NCBI RefSeq assembly: GCF_009914755.1
Contig: NC_060938.1
Length of the DNA: 64,000 bases
Direction: 5' to 3' (one strand)
From: the human T2T-CHM13v2.0 reference genome, Homo sapiens
Positions 52,251 to 64,000 of the stretch are shown here, in pieces; the stretch's first letter is position 1; each line of letters starts with the position of its first letter. The position numbers were made by a program, and so were the translations under genes. The notes beneath the pieces were generated by a model, which saw only the letters and a program-made list of their open reading frames with translations, searched no databases and had not been told where the DNA came from.

Positions 52251-52922
52251 GGCTTTAAAGGGATTTTAGAATATCTTACTTTGCATAGTTTCATGAGCAC
52301 TGGCCAGGAGGTTATAAACTGGCATTTAGGCCTCTCTGCCATTTAGTAGCAGTATAGTCATTAAGCAAAGCATTACTCTGGACTTTATTGTCCTGTTTCT
52401 ATCAAATTGGACTAACAAAAATTGATATAATACATTCATCACAGTATTGTTAGGAGATTTAAATGAATTAGTGAATGTAAGATACTTTAGAAAGCATGTA
52501 AAGTACTAGAAACAATGAGGTGGCTTCAATTAGTGCTCATTCTGAGACCTAAATTTAAAGGGTCAGGCATTAGAAACAAAAGTGTTTCTTCATATCTAGG
52601 AGATTTGGAAATTCTGAACTAAGGTCTTATAAGAACAAGAAATGAGCAAAGTGTTCATTGTAGATACTAGGGAAAAGCTTTGTTGAATAACAGTAATGAT
52701 GATAATATCTGAGCTTTATTAAGTACTTACTACATGCTAAGAGCTTTTTAAGCACTTATTTAATCCTCATTAACAAATTCATAAGGTAGGTGCTATTGAT
52801 AGTTTAGCCATAACCAGATATGGCTTGTTATTTGTAAGTTATCATGAAAAGGTTTATATTCACTATTCTTTATTTCAGTGTAGCACTTTTAGAGCCAAAA
52901 AAACTCAGGCACAAAGAAGTTA

Positions 52923-53255
<333 letters not shown>

Positions 53256-53904
53256 TTAAATAACTTGTTTAAGATCACACAGCTAGTGCAGTTACCCCCT
53301 CTCAGTAATTATGTTTGGCAAATATGAAATACAAGGATCTGGCAAGGTTAGGAAGAGGTTAAGAATATCAGTGACAGTACTCTGAGGCATCTGGGCATGT
53401 CAGATGAAGATTTATTATTCAGAAAAGTTAAGTCAGCTGTTGCAGGGATCAGTTGTTTTATTCCTGGAAAATGTTTTTCATTTTGCTGCAAATCTATATC
53501 TGACCTGCTGAGGAAATCGTTTGGTGAAATGAATCCAGAAAGCAGAGAAAATGCTTCATTACTTTAAATAGCAGCATTAAGCCCATTATAGCCTCTGAAT
53601 TGTCCCTTCCTTGAGTTTGCTAATGCTTCCAACTTAGTCATTTGAAGCCCAAGAGTCTAATTTTATATGCCCTGCCAATGTCCTCATCTATTGCAGAATG
53701 TATAATTATCTATTTGTTTTGGACTATATGTTACAAAAATTTAAAACATAAGATCCTCTCTCTATATTTCATTATTGGTGAACCCACATTGTGCTGTGTT
53801 TTGTGATATTTTATCATTTTCTAGATTCTTATGTGGATCTAATAACGACCACTTGAACCCAGTTTCACAGAATCCTTATTTTTCTGTTCAAATTAGGAAT
53901 TAGG

Positions 53905-54222
53905 GACATGGATGAAATTGGAAATCTTCATTCTCAGTAAACTATCGCAAGGACAAAAAACCAAACACCACATGTTCTCACTCATAGATAGGAATTGAAC
54001 AATGAGAACACATGGAGACAGGAAGGGGAACATCACACTCTAGGGACTGTTGTGGGGTGAGGGGAGGGGTGAGGGATAGCATTAGGAGATATACCTGATG
54101 CTAAATGACGAGTTAGTGGGTGCAGCACACCAGCATGGCACATGTATACGTATGTAACTAACCTGCACATCGTGCACATGTACCCTAAAACTTAAAGTAT
54201 AATAATAATAAAATAAAAAAAA
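53905..54222 (+). mobile_element. 5'-truncated young L1PA (L1PA2/3-like) 3' end
   Basis: L1 3'UTR with GACGAG rather than the Ta-diagnostic ACA, plus an A-tail; TSD aggaattagg at 53895-53904 and 54223-54232. Confidence 0.9.
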
Positions 54223-54934
54223 AGGAATTAGGCAAAACATGGCTCTTCTTTTTACTTTCCTTCCTGAGATATAAGAAGGAAGAGAAATCACCTGTGGGGA
54301 TAATTGGAAACATGGGGATAATTGGAAACGTGGGCTTATCTTGGCACCTCCTTTTTCTCTAATCATTCTGTGATGTACAGGTCTGGCTAGTTAGGCTCCT
54401 GAAGTTAAAAGCTCAGCCACTATTTGTTGTTTTGTTTGATCTAGCTCTTTCTCACATGGTTTTAGGTTCTCCCAGTACTAATTTAATTGACATCAGATAG
54501 CTTGGGCACAACCAGATATGGCTTGTTATTTGTAAGTTACCATGAAGAGGTTTATGTTCACTGTCCTTTATTTCAGTGTATCAAAAGTCCTTTCGGTTTC
54601 ATTCTTTCATGTTGTGAGCAGGGCTAGTTATTTGAGGCGCTCAATTTAAAAATGTATGTTTTTTTTTTACTGTAGTACAAGACTGTTGTAAGATACAGTA
54701 TAGTTGGATAGAAAAGGAATTAAAAGATCTGGGTCTAGAATTAGCTTTGTCACCTGCTAATGATGGGACACTGAGCAAGTCACTTATCCTGTCTGTACCT
54801 CAGTGTCTTCAGTGGAAAACTAGAAACCATCATGCCTCCACAGAATTTTTAAATCTAATGATTTTTAAATCTAATGCTGTGTGCAGGCAGCTGTCAGTGG
54901 TCTTTATGAAGAAAAATCTGAGCTAGAAGAAAGC

Positions 54935-55170
54935 ACTGTTGTGTTATGGTTAAGAGTAGAGGCTTTGGAGTCAGACTGACCTGGCTTTAACTTTCAGCTT
55001 TGCTGCTTCCTAAGCTGTGTGTCCTTGGCAAGTGTCTTGCCCAATTACCTTTTCTTTTAATAGAAATAACAATTTTTCATGGGATCTCTATGAGGGTTAA
55101 ATAACCTAGTGTATATAAAGTACCTAGCCCAGTCTGTGCCCATAGTAAATATTAAATGAATGGTAGTTTG
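54935..55170. mobile_element. MIR (a second MIR lies at about 54690-54830)
   Basis: Matches ggttaagagtagaggctttggagtcagac...gtccttggcaagt. Confidence 0.7.
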
Positions 55171-55219
55171 GATGATGGTTGTGATGGTGATTATAATAAA
55201 GTTCTAGAGTTTGACTCAG

Positions 55220-55516
55220 TGTTTTTGAGACAAGGTCTCATCCAGGCTGGAGTGCAGTGGTGCAATCATAGCTCACTGCAGCCTCGAACTCCCAGGCGCA
55301 AGCAATTCTCCCACCCTAGCTGCCTGAGTAGCTGAAACCATTACAGGTGTACATCACCATGCTCAGCCGATTTTTTTTTTTTTTTTTTAATTTTTTGTAG
55401 AGACGAGGTCTCACTGTGTAGCCCAGGCTACATAGTGAGCTCCTGGGCTCAGGCCATCTTCCCGCCTCAACTTCCCAAAGTGTTGGGATTATAGGCTTGA
55501 GCCACCATACTGGGCC
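55220..55516 (-). mobile_element. AluJ with fold-back scar
   Basis: Antisense dimer; ctcagtgt flanks both ends. Confidence 0.85.
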
Positions 55517-57179
55517 TCAGTGTCTCATAAACTAAGGAGAGATAGCTATGGGAACATAGTCATGAAGATAATTATCGATTTCAGTGTCTTTACCCTGGCC
55601 TCCTAAAATCACTTGTTCCAAGCTCTGGTTTTTTTGTTTTGTTTTTTGTTTTTGTAAGAGCCCTCAGGTTAGTGATTCTCTCTGTCCCTCCTCTGAGTTG
55701 AATAGCATTATCTCAGCACTTCTGGGAGAGTTGTTAAGGAGACTTCCCCCTCCTTCTGGGTGCCCCTAGGGAAATCTGATTAAAAGATTTTTGTTTATCT
55801 AGAAAAGTGGGTGATATTTTAAAGCTTTGCCTTGTCTGTTTATGATCACAAGCTAATACTTCTGAGGATGATAAGGGGGACAAACAAGATGAAGAATAAA
55901 GGAAAGGAAACACTTTCTAATTTCTCTTCATTTTAACAACAGCACAACTAAATATTTGGTAAACCTAAACATCCTTTTAAAATAGAATCTTCCAGTCTTG
56001 CCTTCCCTGTTTCCTCCTGAGCTGAATAGATCAGGTTCTGTCTGAAGCAAATAGTGTTTCCCCTCCCAAGTGAAGAGCCTTCATTCTAGCTTTATGGCCT
56101 TCTCTTGACTTTCTGCAGAATAACTTATACTGTAATTCCCATTCCTTTGGGAATCCCTAAATAATTCTTTGAACTTGGGCCTCAAGGGAAAGACTGAACA
56201 CATTGTACTGGTGTCTCAGGCTCTAAGTTGCCTGTGGCATGTTTCCAACACCCGAGATAGCTGGCTCTGTTACTGGATGTAACAACAGGCTATGGTACTG
56301 TCAAGGTGATGACTAGCATCCAAGAAGAATTCTCTATTTTGTCAGGAAAGCAATTTGTCTGCAGTTACTGCTCTAAAATCAGTACATGGTCCTGCCCCAT
56401 AATAATTCATACCCCAGCTGTTGACTTTAAGAGCAGGAATCTGAAAGGCTTGAGGTTTCAAGAGTGAAGGTAAGGGTAGCCTTAAGTTAGCAGAAGGCCC
56501 TGCAGAAAGGTGTCAGGGGATTCCCACTGTAATACTCAGGTTACCCTTTTGAAATAAAGCACTGTTGTTGACAGGTTTAGTTGAAGGTCAGAAAGTGGGG
56601 ATCCTAAACATCTATTCCACATTCACTCTCATATGATGCAAGTGCTTAGAAAATGGTTAGGGTAAGCAGAACAATTAAAGGAAAAACATTTTCCCTTCAG
56701 CATTGGGCTTCTCAAGCAGTGTGTCCAGTTTGGAAAACTGTCCCTTCAGGGTTTCAGTGAATAGAAGTGAAAATATTCCATCTAGTGGTCAAAGAAGGGA
56801 AGATGAAATGAGAAGTTTCCAGGATGAGGTCTGTGGGGCAAGGTGACAGGCAGTGGCCTCTCAGCAGGTATCTTTTCCAGAACATGATAGAACCTGACCT
56901 TGGCGGTGGTGATATGTTTTGATTATGTCTGCACTGGATGAGGAATTGGGGACACCATCCTTGCAAGGCCTCTGAGCAAAACTGTCCTCACAGTGAGGAA
57001 TAATGATGTTGCAAATGGCAGATTATAAACAGCCTGACTCTGAAGGGAGGCTCTCTCCCATCCCCAACCCCTTCCTTCTTACAGAGGAAGAAATGAGTCC
57101 AGTCATTCCTGCCTCTATTTGTCTGGAGCCTGAATTTGTGAATATGTGATTTTGAGAAGAATGAGGGTGTAATGTGAAC

Positions 57180-57512
<333 letters not shown>

Positions 57513-58041
57513 TAGCAAAGGATCAAACACCCGAGATGTTTGATGATCAGGAAAAAGATAAAGTGCTGTTTGTGTTCTCAGTAACTACACCCTCTATGCC
57601 CTTGCTATTGGTAAACATTAACTAAGCTGACTGCCCAGGAATTTCCCAAGGCACAAGTCAGATCTAGTTGGCCCAGTACCCACAGTGCTATTGATGCTTC
57701 CTGACTGTAATCCTCCTAACAGCCTCCCAATATCCCCAACCAAAGGGCTCATTGTCTTTTCCTCCTCTACCTCCCATTATCACTTTCTCTTTTTCCCCAG
57801 TTCTGAAGAAGAGCTGTAAAGGAATAATATAATTCACATTTCCCGTAACTGCACCTGCCACTGCAGACCTTGGCCAGCGCTTGCTTTCCTGTCAGTAATT
57901 AGGGCATCCCTTGATCCGTCAGATCCTCCCCTCCCAAAGCTTTGTGTGCTAGCAGCTCCTCTATCCCACCTGCAGTTTGTAGCTTCCCTCCGCCCTCTGT
58001 CAAAGAACACACACACAGGCTGGCCGTTTCCACACCTGCCC

Positions 58042-58047
58042 TTTATT
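58042..58047 (-). terminator. GPX2: GPX2 poly(A) signal AATAAA
   Basis: tttatt on the plus strand, with a GU-rich downstream tract (tgtgtgtgt on the minus strand, about 58008-58017). Confidence 0.85.
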
Positions 58048-58069
58048 GGTCTCTTCTAGCAGAGTGGCT

Positions 58070-58140
58070 CCAGGCCCTTCACGCCTCTCAGACACCACCC
58101 ATGAGGGTTTAGGAAGGTGCCATCATTCTGTGAAGGCCCA
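58070..58140 (-). promoter_or_regulatory. GPX2: SECIS element in GPX2 3'UTR
   Basis: Minus strand reads ggccttcac-aga-ATGA-tggcaccttcct-AAA-ccctcatgggtggtgtc-TGA-gaggc-gtgaagggcc. This gives helix I, the AUGA/GA core, helix II and apical AAA. Confidence 0.92.
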
Positions 58141-58356
58141 GAGCTTACCCAAGTCTTGGAGCCCAAGTTGAATCACCAACCAGAGGGTTGGGAGAGGAAA
58201 AGGAAACAGGCAGAGGGGAAAGGCAAGGCTCTGCAGTGAAGGGGACTGATATCAAGGGAATGCTGAGGTCCAGCAGTGTCTCCTGAAGGCATGCTGCATC
58301 CTAAGGCTCCTCAGGACTGGATGGAGTAGGAGATCTGTGTGTTGAGCAGTTCACAT

Positions 58357-61595
<3,239 letters not shown>

Positions 61596-61726
61596 GGTGA
61601 AGCGCAGAGTGAGCCCCGCAGAGAGGCCTGAGCCCACTTATGAGCCTATTAGAGGGGTGGGGAGGAAGGAGGAGCCAGGAAGGAGGACAGAAAGGATCTA
61701 ACAATGGAGCTTTGAGCATCCCCAGG

Positions 61727-61737
61727 ATGACTTAGCA
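61727..61737 (+). promoter_or_regulatory. GPX2: Antioxidant response element (NRF2/sMaf) of the GPX2 promoter
   Basis: ATGACTTAGCA fits RTGAYnnnGCA, about 130 bp upstream of the ATG. GPX2 is an established NRF2 target. Confidence 0.8.
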
Positions 61738-62173
61738 AAAACAGGTCCCCACCTGTAAGTGCTGTTTGAACAAGGAGGTTGCTCCTCCTATTAACAGACT
61801 GAACAAGGCCGCCTCCCCGCCCCACCCTGCTGCAACCTGGGAAGGGCCAATTTGATATCTATGAGCAGAGGTAAATAATTCACTGCTTACAGGAAACCAG
61901 AGCCCTAAAGGTCGAATGGAGAGGAAAAAAAGGGAGGGAGGGATGCAGGATTGACTCCTACTTGCCCCATCAAGTTGTTCTCATTTGACACAGACGTTTA
62001 TTGAATGCCTGCTGAGTGTCAATCTCTGAATTGTACAGTGAGAGGGCAGGGTCTGCGGAGATCTGAAAGATGAAGAAGAGAATTGAGCCTCCTATCCATG
62101 GGACTCAGATGACAACTGAAATATACATATTCCTGTTCACGTTCTTCTCTTTGTTGCTTTCCACCAGGACAAA

Positions 62174-62180
62174 ATCAAAG
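62174..62180 (-). promoter_or_regulatory. Candidate TCF/LEF site (CTTTGAT) upstream of GPX2
   Basis: ATCAAAG on the plus strand. GPX2 is a known Wnt/beta-catenin target, but use of this particular site is inference. Confidence 0.35.
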
Positions 62181-63766
62181 GGACCCTTAGGAGGAGAGTG
62201 TGTCATTTTCTAGGGGAAAAAAGAAGTTTTCAGTGCCTCAGCTCTTGCCAGGCTGAAGAGACAAAGTTGTGTTTATCTTGAAAAGTCTTTCAGTGCGTGG
62301 TGCCACTTGTCCTGGAGAACACACCAGCCTCTGCCCCTGCACTGTACCATCTCCTATATTATATCCCCCACCTCCACCTCATCCCCCAGCCCCCAAGTCA
62401 TGAGGCTCAGTCGTTGCTGGGAGAATGGTGAAGAGGAGTCACAGAACAGGTGGATAAACTTAGTGGATGAACTGCACCTACCTTCCTCTCAGACAGAGAT
62501 TTGGTCCCCAAGACTTTTCAGAGCGGGTTTGTGCTGGTCACCTTCCCACAGAAGGAAGTGTGTGGAGGAAGTTGAAGCTGCTGTGGTTCCAGACGCAGGC
62601 AGGTCACCCCTGATGCTTTCAACAAGAGGCGTGCAGTGCATCGCAGGACATCTGCTAAGGGCCATCTCAGAGGCCCACCCCTGGAAGCCACAGAAACCGA
62701 AAAGACCCAAGCACCCGCCAACTCAACAAGTTACTCTTTTAAAAATGCCTTGATTTCTTCATCAGTAAAACTAGCAATGGGGCTTGACCTAGCTTTGGGA
62801 TTTTAGAGTGAAATTTCAATAACAAAGCAAATGTTTACTAGGGTGTTTTCACAGGGGCACATCCATTGGGAACTGTCTCCTTGGAACAAAGAATAAGCAA
62901 GTCCGGGGAGCAGCTGGTCTTGAGAATCTGATTTGTTGAGATGAGATGAAGTAATTATCACCAGGGAGCGCCAAGCTGCCTTGCAGCTTTTCCATGGCTG
63001 TTCAAGTATACAGGGACCATGTGTCTCAGCTGGCTGCTCCCTAAAAACAAGTTTCCATTACCTAAGTGGACAGAAGGAGTGACAGGAAGTGTAGAGGGAA
63101 GTGTGTCCCCTGCTGAAGCTGGGTGGAGTTCCTAGAAGCAACCAATAAGAAAGAGTCCCCACCAAGCCACTGAGTCACAAGGACTTGGCACTGATAGTGG
63201 GCAGAACTGTAACTTGCCGGATTTATGTGCATACCTAGAGCTTCCCCCTAGTACTCTCTGGGCCTCCAGAGACACCTCTTATTCTCTGCTCTTTTGCAAG
63301 CCTTCTTCAAGAAGGCCATGGGAGTTCCCAAGATGAGGAGTGTGGGGGTTCCCTCTTCCTTAGGTACATGCCATCCCTTTTCTCCTGGTGTGACCTTGGA
63401 CCCTTCAGACTCCCAGGGTTCTCACCTTTCCTAATGGAATATACTTGGTGAGGCTCTCCTAAAATATCTCTGTCTCCAAATTTACCTCAAACTGGCCTCG
63501 CTTTCCAAAAGCTTACAACTTTAAGCATACACTAAGCAGCGTATGATTCTTATGGCTTTCTGTGGGACAGTGCTTGCTCTGGACACAGCACTGGCTTAGG
63601 CAGAAAGCCTGGGTTGGTGGTTCTTAATTCTGACTGCAAATGAGAATTGTTTGTAGGAATTTTTCTAGAGATGCCAAAGCTTTGCCCTCCAGTGATTCCA
63701 ATTCAGTGGTTTACAACCACAATTCTGCCACTGTTACTTCGGACCCTTAGGCAAATCTTTAAGCTC

Positions 63767-64000
63767 TTTTTATTGAGACAGGGTCTTTCTCTGTCACCCA
63801 GGCAGGAGTGCAATGGTGCAACTGCAGCCTTGACCTTCTGGGCTCAAGTGATCCACTGGCCTCAGCCTCACAAGCCACCACACTCAGCTAATTTTTTCTA
63901 GAGACAGTGTCTCACTATGTTGCCCAGGCTGGTCCCAAACTCTTGGGCTCAAGCAGTCCTCCTGCCTCGGCCTCCCAGAGTTGGGATTACAGGCATGAGC
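63767..64000 (-). mobile_element. AluJ (deleted, runs to the window end)
   Basis: Antisense Alu. Confidence 0.8.

Noticed and set aside
54295-54876. Small tandem duplications (tggggataattggaaac twice; atttttaaatctaatg twice) and short hairpins at about 14027 and 46387
   Set aside because: Ordinary slippage or background-level structures with no functional clue.
57981-57996. 16-nt match (minus strand AGGGCGGAGGGAAGCT) to the recalled 5' end of RNase P RNA H1
   Set aside because: The similarity does not extend further, so it is treated as chance.
62307-62753. 148-aa plus-strand ORF upstream of GPX2
   Set aside because: Non-ATG start and no homology. The nearby acceptors (62521, 62551) are out of frame with it for a phase-0 CHURC1 exon 3 splice.

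Overview
This is eukaryotic genomic DNA from a human or great ape; the species cannot be fixed by eye. It corresponds to the SPTB-CHURC1-GPX2 interval of human 14q23.3. Three genes are present: (1) a CpG-island promoter with a non-coding first exon on the minus strand at about 1.8-1.9 kb, assigned to SPTB by synteny; (2) the complete four-exon CHURC1 (Churchill) gene on the plus strand, CDS 33364-51099, 112 aa; (3) the complete two-exon selenoprotein gene GPX2 on the minus strand, CDS 61595-58357, 190 aa, with an in-frame UGA-Sec codon, a SECIS element, a poly(A) signal and an NRF2 ARE. The rest is mostly Alu, L1, L2, MIR, MaLR and hAT repeats. Almost all entries in the ORF track are spurious (repeat-derived, GC-rich or antisense). 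I found no new gene system. The most interesting sequence-supported observations are: an L1 3' transduction bounded by an 18-bp TSD; a NAGNAG acceptor that would swap Churchill His59 for Pro-Asp; an in-frame alternative acceptor that would remove the last CxxC; a probable orphan 3'UTR retrocopy; a templated 71-bp insertion inside a MIR; and several fold-back (template-switch) scars. Repeat boundaries and subfamily calls are approximate.
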